Position numbers and translations under genes: made by a program
Origin: an uncultured Acidimicrobiales bacterium
GTDB taxonomy: Bacteria > Actinomycetota > Acidimicrobiia > Acidimicrobiales > UBA8190
Reading direction: 5' to 3'
Length of the DNA stretch: 64,000 bases
Assembly: GCA_963839605.1 (NCBI GenBank)
Contig: CAWIWK010000059.1
Coordinates: 1,126-65,125, forward strand
In this document: positions 1 through 9,858 of the stretch, in pieces
Numbering within the stretch: position 1 is the first letter of the stretch
Layout of the letters: every line of letters starts with the position of its first letter
Notes under the pieces: model-generated
Database searches by the model: none
Seen by the model: only the letters and a program-made list of their open reading frames with translations
What the model was told of the DNA's origin: nothing

Positions 1-2
1 TC

Positions 3-1607
3 GCCGCCCGCGTCCTCGAGGCCGGCGGCAACGCCGTGGACGCGGGGGTGGCGGCGGGGCTCGCCACCAACGTGGTGCAGGTCGACATGTGCAACCTGGG
101 TGGCATCACGCCATCCTCGTGCATCCCGCCGGGTCGTCCGGGGTGATGAGCGTGGCCGGCGTGGGCCGGTGGTCGGAGACGGCCACGATGGCGGCCTATA
201 CCGCCCGCCACGGCACCACCATGGACCCCGGCGCCGCCCCCTGCATCGTGCCCGGCGCGCTGGCCGGCTGGCTCAGCGCCCTGGAGCACTTCGGGACGTG
301 GTCCTTCGCCGACGTGGTCGCGCCCGCCGTCGAGCTGGCCACCGAGGGCTTCGTGCTCGACGCCACCGTGGCCTCGGCACTCGACCTCTTCGCCTGGGTC
401 TACGAGCAGTGGCCGTCGTCGGCCGCGCTGTACTGCCCGGATGGCCGCAGGGCGCGGCCAGGCGACCGGCTCGTGCAGGCCGACCTGGGTCGCCTTCTCG
501 GGCGTCTGGCGGCGGCGGAGCACGGCGTCCGCAACGGTTCGGGACGCAGCGCCGGCATCGACGCCGTGCGCCGGGCCTTCTACGAGGGCGAGGTGGCCCG
601 CACCGTCGTGGACTTCGTCACCGCCCAGGGGGGCTTTCTCACCCTCGAGGACCTGACCGCGTTCCGGGCCGAGGTTGCGCCGGCGCCGGCCCGGCGCTTC
701 GCCGCATGGGACGGTGTCACGCTGCACGTCACGCCGCCGGAGTGGTCCCAGGGGCCCGCCCTGCTGCAGGCGCTGGCGATCCTGGAGCGCTTCGACCTCG
801 CTTCGATGGAGCACAACTCGGCCGACTATCTCCACCTCCTGGTCGAGGCCGTCAAGCTCGCCTTCTCCGACCGGGAGCGCCACTACGGCGACGCCCGACC
901 CGTCGACCTCGACGTCTTGCTGAGCGACGGGCACGCCGCGCAGCTCGCCGGGCTGATCCGACCCGACGCTGTGCTGGACGATCTCCCCACGCTGCGCCAC
1001 CGGGCCGACGACGTCGTCTCCACCACCCATGTCGCCGTGGTGGACGGCCGGGGGACGGCTTTCGCCGTGGCGCCGAGCGACACGTTGGCCATGGGCCCCG
1101 TCGTCCCCGGGCTGGGCATCGTGGTGTCGGGGCGCGGCGTGCAGAGCCGCACCGATCCCACCCACCCCGCCGCCCTCGGGCCCGGCCGCCGTCCCCGGGT
1201 GACGCCGTCCCCGGCCATCGCCCTCGGGATCGACGGATCGGTGTGGCCCGTCACGTGCCCCGGCGGTGACGTCATCGTGCAGGCCATGGTGCAGGCCTTC
1301 CTCAACGTGTCGGTGTTCGCCATGACCGATCAGCAGGCCGTGGAGGCGCCCCGGGCGGTGTCGTTCGCGTCCCCCGAATTCCTTCTACCCCCACGGGCAC
1401 GACGCGGCCATGGTGGCGGCCGAGAGCCGGATCCCCGCCGACGTCCTTCAGGATCTGGCCCGCCGTGGCCACGACGTGCGCCTGTGGCCGCCCTACGAGT
1501 TCGAGGCCGGATCGGTGGGCATGATCCGGTGGTGGCCAGGTGACGGCCGCCCCGTCCTGCGGGCGGGCGCCGATCCACGCCGTGCCGCCTATGGGCTGGG
1601 CCGCTGA
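3..1607 (+). CDS. ggt: gamma-glutamyltransferase family protein (5' end may lie outside window; at least 2 frame disruptions)
   Basis: Frame 3 from nt 3 reads AARVLEAGGNAVDAGVAAGLATNVV (GGT N-terminus). Body is ORF 89..1543 (STTHVAVVDGRGTAFAV). C-terminus is ORF 1410..1607. Frame switches near ~107 and ~1385-1410. Confidence 0.8.
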
Positions 1608-1830
1608 GCTTCGACGGGCCGAAGGTGAAAACGGCAACTCCCCACGGACCCCGTCGTCGGGAGCCGCGGGGAGTCACCCCGGTCACGATCTTCGAGCGGC
1701 CCGGCGGTTGGCGTTCTTGGCCCTGAGGACGAACTTGTACACCCGGTCGCGGTCCGTCTTGAGCGCCGTTCCCGATATGAGTAGTGGCAGTGGGAGTCGT
1801 CGCATGCCGAGCCCACCGTGCACGTCGGCG

Positions 1831-2178
1831 CTACGGGAGATCCTCGATCATCCGGATCACGTCCTCGCGGCGGTACCCGAGGTGCCGGGCCGTTCCGAGG
1901 AGATCCCGCAGTTGGGAGAGCAGCGCACCGTGCTCGGGAGCACCGACGACGGTGATGCCGCGACCCCGGCGGAATTCCAGGAGTCCCTCGTCCCGCAGGA
2001 TGTGCATCGCCCGCAGCACGGTGTTCTTGTTCACCCCCAGCACGGCGGCGATGTCCTTGACGAGCGGCAGGCGCTCACCGGGGGCGGCCTCGCCGTCGGC
2101 GATGGCCCGCCGGATCTCGGCCGCCACCTGGTCGTGGAGGGGCACCGGTTCCGACCGGTCGACGTTGACAAGGAGCAT
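1831..2178 (-). CDS. GntR-family (short, YtrA-like) transcriptional regulator
   Basis: Internal start MLLVNVDRSEPVPLHDQVAAEIRRAIADGE..LPLVKDIAAVLGVNKNTVLRAMHILRDEGLLEFRRGRGITV is a GntR winged-HTH. The upstream part of ORF 1831..2499 looks non-coding. Confidence 0.85.
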   Translation of the reverse strand: MLLVNVDRSEPVPLHDQVAAEIRRAIADGEAAPGERLPLVKDIAAVLGVNKNTVLRAMHILRDEGLLEFRRGRGITVVGAPEHGALLSQLRDLLGTARHLGYRREDVIRMIEDLP

Positions 2179-2199
2179 GGTACTAGTAATAGTAGTGCC
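2179..2199. promoter_or_regulatory. 21-bp divergent spacer with AT-rich imperfect palindrome (candidate GntR operator)
   Basis: ggtactagtaatagtagtgcc lies between the GntR start (2178, minus) and the lepB start (2200, plus). Half-sites GTACTA / TAGTAG flank gtaa. It is an AT-rich island in a GC-rich genome. Confidence 0.35.
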
Positions 2200-2895
2200 A
2201 TGAAGCCGGGCTCGACAACGCTCGTGGGTCCCGCGCCGGCACCCGTCTCGCTCCGAGGGATCGACGCCGAGGCGCTGTTCGAAGAGGCACGCAGCCGTCG
2301 GCGTCGACGTCGTCGGCAGATCTCCGGCGCTGTTGGCGCCGTCGTCGTCGTCGTCGTGGTGGCGGTGGTGATCGGCGGCATCGCCCGTACCCACCACGAT
2401 CCGGTGACGGCGGGCGCGCCGCCCCCTGCCGGCGCCGTCCACTCGGGGAGCGTCCGCTTCTATGTCGAGCAATCGGCCGCCATGTCCCCGACCCTGCACC
2501 CCGGTGACCGGCTCAGCGTGGACGCCGGGTTCCGAACCCTGCAGCGAGGAGATGTCGTCGTCTTCGATCCCCCGAGCGGGTTCTTCCGGGTTCCCCCCGT
2601 CGTCCCGGAGATCAAGCGGATCATCGGCCTTCCGGGAGAGACGATCTCGTCGTCGGACGGCACCGTGCTCATCGACGGAAGGCCGTTGTCGGAGCCCTAT
2701 CTCTCCCGAGGAGGGGCTTTCGGATCGCCGCTCGCCACGCAGGTCGTCCCGGCAGGTCGGTACTACGTCTTGGGAGACAACCGGTCGGACTCGGCGGATT
2801 CCCGCTTCTTCGGCCCGGTCGCGGCACGGTCGATCATCGGTGTCGTCACAGCGATCGTCTCTCCCTCGTCACGGGCCGGCCCGATCTCGAGGTGA
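2200..2895 (+). CDS. lepB: signal peptidase I (S26)
   Basis: Internal ATG in ORF 1540..2895. N-terminal TM helix (AVGAVVVVVVVAVVIGGI). S26 boxes SAAMSPTLHPGD, RGDVVVF, KRIIGLPGE, GDNRSDSADSR. Confidence 0.9.
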   Translation: MKPGSTTLVGPAPAPVSLRGIDAEALFEEARSRRRRRRRQISGAVGAVVVVVVVAVVIGGIARTHHDPVTAGAPPPAGAVHSGSVRFYVEQSAAMSPTLHPGDRLSVDAGFRTLQRGDVVVFDPPSGFFRVPPVVPEIKRIIGLPGETISSSDGTVLIDGRPLSEPYLSRGGAFGSPLATQVVPAGRYYVLGDNRSDSADSRFFGPVAARSIIGVVTAIVSPSSRAGPISR

Positions 2896-2897
2896 CG

Positions 2898-4674
2898 TCA
2901 GGGCTCGAGCACACGCCTCGAGGGGACGACCGCATCGAGCACCCCGAGGTGCACGACGTGGTAGCGGATCGAGCAATTGCGTGAGCCACGTCTCGAACAG
3001 CTGCTCGGTGTACACGCCGGGACCGGGCTGGGGATTCGAGAACGTGGCGCTGGCGGCGGCGATGTCGTCGGGTGAGAAGAAGAGCCACGCCGGATCGGAG
3101 GATGCCGACACCCTTCGACGCAGGGCGGGCCAGCGATCCACGTCGAGCGGCGAGGGGCTGACCGTGATCCGGCCGTCGCCGATGAACTCGAGGTCGTAGG
3201 CCGTCCAGTAGTCGCCGAAGGCATCGGTGAGGTGATGCTCGGCCATGGCGTCGACGACCTGGCGCATGGGGGCGTTCGGATCGCCCCATCCCGAGAAGAA
3301 GGTCGTCGGCGCGCTCGGGACACCGCCGGCCCGCGCCGTTGCGGCGGTGAGCAGCGTCGCACCCACGACGCCGAGGCTCGCCCCCGCCAGTGCGATCTTC
3401 CGAACAGCGCCGTCGCTTCTCGCCGGCACCGCTCCCCCTGCGCCGGCCTGCGGACCGCCGGGCGCCAAGGCCAGGGCCGACAGGGGGACGATCATGAACG
3501 ACAGGTACAGGCCGTACCGACCGTCGACCCAGTAGCTGGTGGCGGAGACGGCGGCGCACAGGAAGGGATAGGTGACCACGCCTGCGGCGAGCGCCAGTGG
3601 CACGAGACGACGGGACCGGTTCCGCGTGATCCACACCGCCCGCACGAGCGCCACGACCACGACCACGAGAAGCAGGGCGAAGAGCAGCTGCCCGGTGGAG
3701 GTCCCCCACGCCCAGGACCCGCCGGGCACCGTCCGCACCCCGAGGGCGACGGGCAGGGTCTTGTGGAAGAACACCGACAGCCGGGCGCCGTAGCCGAGGC
3801 TCGCTCCGGCGGGCAACGCCGATGTCTTGAGCGAGGCGAAGCCCGAACCCACGTTGGCGTACCACCACGGAAGGGATCCGACGACGGCGCCCCCGAGGGC
3901 ACACGCCGTCGCTGCCGCCCGGCCGCGCAGCCGGGGCCCTGTCGCCTCGACGGTCTCGGCAGGGAGACGCCCCGCCCACCGCCACCAGCCGACCAGCAGG
4001 ATCAGGCACGGGGGCACGAAGTACAGGATCTCGGGCGACGCCCACCACCCGGCGCCGAGCGCCAGGCCGAGCAGGCCGAAGGTCCACAGCCCGCCCGCCC
4101 GCCGCTGCGCCCGGACGGCGCAGAGCACGGCCGCCAGGCCGCAGCACAACGTGGCGTAGCGGAACCCCAGCTCCCACGCCGAATTCCACACCACCGTGTA
4201 CGGCCACACCCAGGCCACGGCCCCGGCCACGAGCGTGACGCCGGCGTCCGGCGCCGCCTGTCCGCACGATGGCCGCCACCAGCACCGCCGCTGTCGCCGC
4301 CAGCACCGCCGCCGTCACGTTGAGGGCCATCGGGCCGTCCCCCCCAGCCGCAGCGCAAGGGCCGCCGGATACGGTTCGACGCCGCCGTAGAACTGACCCC
4401 AGTAGAAGGCGGTGAAGTGCCCGGCGTCGATCTGCCGGGCCATCAGCCCGACGACGGCCTCGTCACCGAAGAGGGGCAGGTGCACGAGAAGCCAGAGGCG
4501 CAGGACGGCGCCGTAGGCGATGGCGAGGATCGCCAGGACGACCGGAGCGAACCGCCACAGCTGCCCGGAGCGGGTGGGGGTGCGCGGCTCGTCACGTCGC
4601 CGGTGGCGTGGGCTGGTCGAGGTGGGCGCAGGCGTGGAGGACGTGCCGGGACCTCCATCGTCCTGTCGGGCCAT
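2898..4674 (-). CDS. polytopic membrane protein, GT-C-fold glycosyltransferase-like (PMT/ArnT type); at least 2 frame disruptions
   Basis: N-terminus from MARQDDGG in ORF 4315..5034 (FAPVVLAILAIAYGAVLRLWLLVHLPLFGDEAVVGLMARQ). Multi-TM body is ORF 2869..4230. Probable tail is in the ORF 2898..3362 frame. Confidence 0.55.
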
Positions 4675-5034
4675 GTCGGGCTCGTCTCCGGCTCCATCTG
4701 ACTTCGGCGGCCACAGGTTAGGCCGCCGGTGCTGCAGTCGCAGGCTCCGTTGCGGATCACCGACGTGATGGCCTTGTCGCACACGACGCGCGGGTCGTAG
4801 GCAGCCTCGCGCTCGGCCTCGTCGGCACGGCGCATGTCCGTCGGGCGCCCCGAACGGCCCCGGCCGAGGCGCGGACCAGGGTTCCGGGCATCGGGAGGTC
4901 GGGCGGGGCGTCGAACGACCGCGGTGCTGATCACGGACGAGATCGGTGGGCCGACCGCCCGAGAAGTACCGGTCCTCGTGCCTCTCGTAGGGGTCCGAGT
5001 ACCAACCCTGGGCACGTCTCCGGGGGATCGCCAT
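4675..5034 (-). CDS. DUF2510-like N-terminal module (separate small gene or N-terminal extension of the downstream GT-C protein; frames unresolved)
   Basis: MAIPRRRAQGWYSDPYERHEDRYFSGGRPTDLV matches the GWYxDPxxxxxxRYWDG DUF2510 pattern. No stop separates it from the GT-C start in the same frame. A second frame (RRADEAEREAAYDPRVVCDKAITSVIRNGACDCSTGG) also looks coding. Confidence 0.4.
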
Positions 5035-5040
5035 GCCTCA

Positions 5041-5073
5041 GTTTACCTAAAGTTCACCTTTCGTTCACCTTTA
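5041..5073. promoter_or_regulatory. three tandem 11-nt direct repeats with GTTCACC core (PHO-box-like)
   Basis: gtttacctaaa gttcacctttc gttcaccttta lies 6 nt from the ATG at 5034 (minus strand). It is an AT-rich island. On the minus strand a TAAACT -10-like hexamer sits 5 nt before the ATG. Confidence 0.45.
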
Positions 5074-5111
5074 GATAACCCGAGGCCGGCGGGGCGCCCT
5101 GGTCCGGGGCG

Positions 5112-5980
5112 TCAGGACCGCCTGGACTCGAGCGCCTCGAGAAGGTCGTCGGGGACGTGCAGGTCGCCCAGCCCCGTGCCGACGTGGAGCCCCTTCTTGA
5201 ACGTGCCGTGGAAGTCCGAGCCCCCGGTGGCCACGATGCCGGCCCGCTCGGCCATCCGGCGCAGGCCGGCCCTCTGCTCGGGCGTATAGGTGCCGTACAC
5301 CGCCTCGATGCCGTCCAGCCCGGCGCCGGCCAGCTCGGTCACCAGCTGCTCGAGCGCCGGCGGCCCGAGGCCGGTGGACAGCGGATGGGCGAGGACGGCC
5401 ACGCCCCCCGACCGATGGGCGAGACGCGCCACGTCGGGCGGGTCCAGTCGCGCCTTGGGCACGTAGGCGGGCCGGCCGTCGCCCAGCCACCGGTCGAAGG
5501 CGTCGTCCACGTCCTCGGCCACACCGGCCTTCACGAGGGCCCGGGCGAAGTGGGGCCGACCGACCCCGGCCTCGCTCCCCGCCTCGGCCACCACGTCCTC
5601 GTAGCGGATGCCGGTTCCCAGCTCGACGAGACGGGCCGCCAGGGCCTGGTTGCGCTCGGCCCGGTCGCCGCGCAGCTCGACGAGCTCGTCCTGGAGGGGC
5701 CCCTCGCCCGGCTCGACGAAGTACACGAGGACGTGGACCGAACCCGCCACCCGTTCCTCGCCCGGCCCCCGGCGCGGCTTGCGGCACGACACCTCGCAGC
5801 CCGGCACCAGGCGCACCCCATGGCGCGCTGCCGCCGCGCCCGCCTCCTCCAGCCCGTCCAGGCTGTCGTGGTCGGTGAGGGCCAGGCTCGCAGCAGCCCG
5901 CCGCGGCCGCCAGCTCCACCACCCGGGCCGGGGTCTCCGGAGCCGTCGGAGACGGTCGAGTGGGTGTGGAGGTCGATCAC
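5112..5980 (-). CDS. PHP-domain metal-dependent phosphoesterase (TrpH/YciV-like); about 2 frame disruptions near the N-terminus
   Basis: MIDLHTHSTVSDGS (ORF 5531..5980), then VVELAAAAG (ORF 5071..5922), then LALTDHDSLDGLEEA...GGSDFHG (ORF 5112..6131). Confidence 0.8.
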
Positions 5981-6146
5981 GCCCGGAGGCTACCTGTGCC
6001 GCCGCCCGCCCCCACCAGCCACGACGCGAAGGACCGTCACGACCGGCTGGCAAGGTAGGCTCGATGACGCGGCGAGGAGAAGCGCCGGGGGTGCGGGGAG
6101 GCCCCTGAGACGTCCGGCGCGGTGAGGGCAACGCGATGAGGGCCCG

Positions 6147-7643
6147 GTGAAAGAAGCCTGTGGCGTCTTCGGTGTGTACGCCCCGGCAAGACCGTGGCGC
6201 AGCTCACCTTCGACGGCATGTACGCCCTGCAGCACCGTGGCCAGGAGTCGGCCGGCATGGCGGTGAGCGACGGCGAGGCCATCACCGTGGTGAAGGACAT
6301 GGGCCTCGTCACCACCGTCTTCGACGAGCGCACCGTGTCGTGCCTCCCCGGGCACCTCGCCATCGGTCACACCCGCTACTCGACCACCGGCGCCTCGGAA
6401 TGGCGCAACGCCCAACCGGTCTTCCGGCCGTGGGCCGGGCCGGGTTCGCCCTGGGGCACAACGGCAACCTGACCAACACCGCCCAGCTGGCCGAGCAGGC
6501 GGGCATGCTCCCCGGCGTGGTCGCCTCCGACAGCGACCTCGTGGCCGAGCTCCTCGCCTGCGGCCGACGACGGCGTGGGACGGCTTCCCCGACGAGATCG
6601 AGGCGAGCGGACCGGCCGTCGGGCCGACGCTCGACGTCGGACGACCCTCGAAGACGCCCTGCGCCAGGTGCTGCCCACGGTCGAGGGCGCCTTCTCCTTC
6701 GTCCTGCTCGATGCCACCCACCTGGTGGGGGTGCGTGACCCGAACGGCTTGCGCCCCCTGTGCCTGGGCCGGCTCGGTCCCGCCGAGGCCCCCGAGGGAT
6801 GGGTGATGGCGTCGGAGACCCCGGCGCTCGACATCGTGGGCGCCACTTCGTCCGCGAGATCGAGCCCGGCGAGATGGTGATCGTCGACGCCAAGGGCGTG
6901 CGCTCCGAACGGCTCGTTCTCGGCCGAGCGCATCGACCCGCACCTGTGCATCTTCGAGTTCGTGTACTTCGCCCGGCCCGACAGCCTCCTCTACGGGCGC
7001 GAGGTGCACGGCGCCCGGCGGCGCATGGGCGAGCTCCTGGCCTCGCAGGCTCCGGTCGACGCCGATCTCGTCATGGGCGTGCCCGAGTCGGGCATGCCCG
7101 CCGCCGAGGGATATGCCGCGGCGAGCGGCATCCCCTACGGCCAGGGCCTGGTGAAGAACCGCTACATCGGCCGCACCTTCATCGCCCCGGACCAGGCGGC
7201 ACGCGTCGACGCAGGGGTGCGGCGAAAGCTCAACCCCCTGCCGCGAGAACATCGCCGGGAAGCGCATCGTCGTCGTCGACGACTCGGTCGTGCGGGGCAC
7301 GACGAGCGCGCCGTGGTGCGCATGCTCCGCGAGGCCGGCGCAGCCGAGGTGCACCTGCGCATCTCGTCGCCGCCGCTTCGCGTGGCCGTGCTTCTACGGC
7401 ATCGACACCCCCGACCGCGAGCGAGCTGCTGGCCGCCGAGCGCGCCGTCGGCCGAGATGGCCGAGTTCCTGGACGTCGACTCGCTCGAGTACCTGTCGCT
7501 CGACGAACCTGGTGGCCGCCATCGGCGTCCCGGAGGCGGGCTTCTGCACCGCGTGTCTCACCGGTGACTGTCCCGTGCCGGTCCCGGTCGATCGCTCGGG
7601 CACGGGCGTCAGGGCCGACCGCGGCGCCGCCGGCACCGCCTGA
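6147..7643 (+). CDS. purF: amidophosphoribosyltransferase; roughly ten frame switches
   Basis: VKEACGVFGVYAP, LQHRGQESAGMAVSDG, GHTRYSTTG, ALGHNGNLTN, EGAFSFVLLD, CIFEFVYFARPDS, GIPYGQGLVKNRYIGRTFI, VVVDDSVVRGTTS, CFYGIDTP and GFCTACLTG are spread over ORFs 6194, 6160, 6575, 6760, 6962 and 7290. Confidence 0.85.
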
Positions 7644-7659
7644 CGTGCGGCGGCGGAGC

Positions 7660-8712
7660 GTGGCCGCCGGGGGGCCCGCCACCTACGCCGCCGGCCGGGG
7701 TCGACATCGGCGCCGGGGAGCCTGGCGCGTGGACCGCATCCGCGACGCCGTGGCCTCGACCGCGCCGACCCGAGGTCGCTCGGGGGGATCGGCGGCTTCG
7801 GGGGGCTTCGCCTTCGACCCCGTCCGCTACAGCCGGCCCGTTCTCGTGTCGTCCACTGACGGGGTGGGCACCAAGTCGCTCGTGGCCACCGCCGCCGGGC
7901 GCTACGACACCATCGGCGTGGACCTGGTGGCCATGTGCGTGGACGACATCGTCTGCTCGGGGGCCGAGCCGCTGTTCCTGCTCGACTACATCACCACCGG
8001 CAAGATCGATCCCGAGCAGATGGAGCAGCTCATGTCGGGCGTGGCCGACGGGTGTCGCCGGGCGGGTTGCGCCCTGCTCGGCGGGGAGATGGCCGAGCAT
8101 CCCGGCGAGCTGGCACCGGGCACTTTCGACCTGGCCGGCTTCGCCGTCGGGGCGGTGGAAGGCGACGCCATGCTCGGGCCCGAGCGCGTGGAGGTGGGCG
8201 ACGTCCTCGTCGGGCTGGCGTCACCCGGCATCCGGTGCAACGGCTACACGCTGGCCCGTCACGTCCTGCTCGAGCGGGCGGGGATCGCCCTCGACGACCC
8301 CGCCTGGGACGGTGCCGGCCACACCCTGGCCGACGAGCTGCTGCGCCCCTCGGTCGTCTACGCCCCCGCCGTGCGTGGCGCCATCGGCGCCGCCGAAGTG
8401 CACGCCGCCGCCCACGTCACCGGGGGCGGCATCCCCGGCAATCTGGTCCGCGCCCTGCCGCCGCACTGCGACGCCGTGGTGGAGCGCGGCTCCTGGGAAG
8501 AGCCGCGCATCTTCGCCGAGATCCGCCGTCTGGGCGACGTGGACGAGGGCGAAATGACCCGGGTGTTCAATCTCGGCATCGGCATGATCCTCGTGGTGCC
8601 CGCGGCGCACCAGGCCGCCGCCCTCGAGGCGCTGCGCCTCGCCGGCGCCCCCGCCGCCGCCGTCGGCAAGGTCACTGCCGGCACGGGCACCGTGCACATG
8701 GAGGGGGCGTGA
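7660..8712 (+). CDS. purM: phosphoribosylformylglycinamidine cyclo-ligase (AIR synthetase); about 2 disruptions in the N-terminus
   Basis: GTG start, ATYAAAG-VDIGAGE region shifted, then VSSTDGVGTKSLVA...DLVAMCVDDIVCSGAEPLFLLDY...HVTGGGIPGNL in ORF 6760..8712. Confidence 0.85.
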   Translation: MAAGGPATYAAGRGRHRRRGAWRVDRIRDAVASTAPTRGRSGGSAASGGFAFDPVRYSRPVLVSSTDGVGTKSLVATAAGRYDTIGVDLVAMCVDDIVCSGAEPLFLLDYITTGKIDPEQMEQLMSGVADGCRRAGCALLGGEMAEHPGELAPGTFDLAGFAVGAVEGDAMLGPERVEVGDVLVGLASPGIRCNGYTLARHVLLERAGIALDDPAWDGAGHTLADELLRPSVVYAPAVRGAIGAAEVHAAAHVTGGGIPGNLVRALPPHCDAVVERGSWEEPRIFAEIRRLGDVDEGEMTRVFNLGIGMILVVPAAHQAAALEALRLAGAPAAAVGKVTAGTGTVHMEGA

Positions 8713-9282
8713 CCGGTCACGGCGGACCCGGGCCCGACGCCCTCGACGGGCTGCGCCGGCACCTCATGGAGCACTCGGTGCGCACCGGCGATTTCGTCTT
8801 GAAGTCGGGCCGGCGCTCCACCTGGTTCATCGACTCCAAGCAGACGGTGTGCCGTCCGGACGGCATGCTGCTCGTGGCCGACGCCGTCCTGGCCGTCGTG
8901 CCCCCCGAGGCGACCGCCATCGGCGGCCTCACCATGGGGGCCGATCCCGTCGCCTTCGTCACGGCCGGCGTGGCCGCCGCCCGGGGCCGGGCCCTCAAGG
9001 CGTTCAGCGTGCGCAAGGAGGCCAAGGACCACGGCGGCGGGGGCGCTGGCCGGGGCCCTCGACCCCGGCGACCGGGTGGTCGTCACCGAGGACACCGTCA
9101 CGCGGGGCACGTCGCTGCTCGAGGCGGTCCACGCCGTGCGGGCCGCCGGGGCCGAGGTGGTGCTGGCGGTGGCGGTGGTGGATCGGGGCGGTGCCGCCTT
9201 CGACCTGCTCGGCGGCGAGGGCGTCGCCTTCCGGGCGCTGCTCGGCGCGCCCGACCTCGGCTTCGACTACGACGAGCGCTGA
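8709..9282 (+). CDS. pyrE: orotate phosphoribosyltransferase; 1 frame disruption (~9040-9075)
   Basis: GTGA start/stop overlap with purM. GDFVLKSGRRSTWFIDSK, then VVVTEDTVTRGTSLLEAV (PRPP motif) in ORF 9076..9282. Confidence 0.8.
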
Positions 9283-9374
9283 GAGGGCGGCTCCTCGCCC
9301 CCAGGACGGGGAGCTCCCGATGGGCATTCCGGCGGGCCGTTCGGCTCTATTGGACGGCGGCCGGGCCAGGCAAT

Positions 9375-9797
9375 GTGAACAGTGTGGTAGTCGACTCTTC
9401 AGGCCTGGAGATCCTCATCGAGGAGCAGTGCCTGGACCTCCTGTCAGGGGCTTCCCTGGGGCGGATCGCCGTGACCGTGGGTGCGGTGCCCGCCATCTTC
9501 CCCGTCAACTACCGCCTGCTCGACGGCCAGATCCTGTTCCGGACCGGCGACGGCACGAAGCTCCACCACAGCTCTGACAACTCCGTCGTGGCCTTCGAGG
9601 TGGACCAGGTGGACCCGTCCACCCACGAGGGCTGGAGCGTGCTCGTGGTGGGGGTGGCCCGCGAGGTGAAGGACCAGGAGCGGGCGGGGACGATGCTCCA
9701 CACGCTCCCCCGACCGTGGGCACCGGGTGAGCGCGACCACGTCATCGCCATCATCCCCGAGTTCGTGTCGGGCCGGCGCATCATGGGCGCCGGGTAG
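9375..9797 (+). CDS. pyridoxamine 5'-phosphate oxidase-like FMN-binding family protein
   Basis: LDLLSGASLGRIAVTVGAVPAIFPVNYRLLDGQILFRTGDGTK...GWSVLVVGVAREV is a typical split-barrel PPOX-like pattern. Confidence 0.7.
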   Translation: MNSVVVDSSGLEILIEEQCLDLLSGASLGRIAVTVGAVPAIFPVNYRLLDGQILFRTGDGTKLHHSSDNSVVAFEVDQVDPSTHEGWSVLVVGVAREVKDQERAGTMLHTLPRPWAPGERDHVIAIIPEFVSGRRIMGAG

Positions 9798-9858
9798 CAG
9801 GCGCCCGGGCTCGAAGGGGGAGGCCTGCCGGTCGGCGGGCGCCACCGGATCGGTGTGC

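Noticed and set aside
1683-1805. 40-codon minus-strand ORF (MRRLPLPLLISGTALKTDRDRVYKFVLRAKNANRRAARRS) just downstream of the GntR gene
   Set aside because: Weak SD, low third-position G+C in its first half, and no recognisable family. Probably non-coding spacer between convergent genes.
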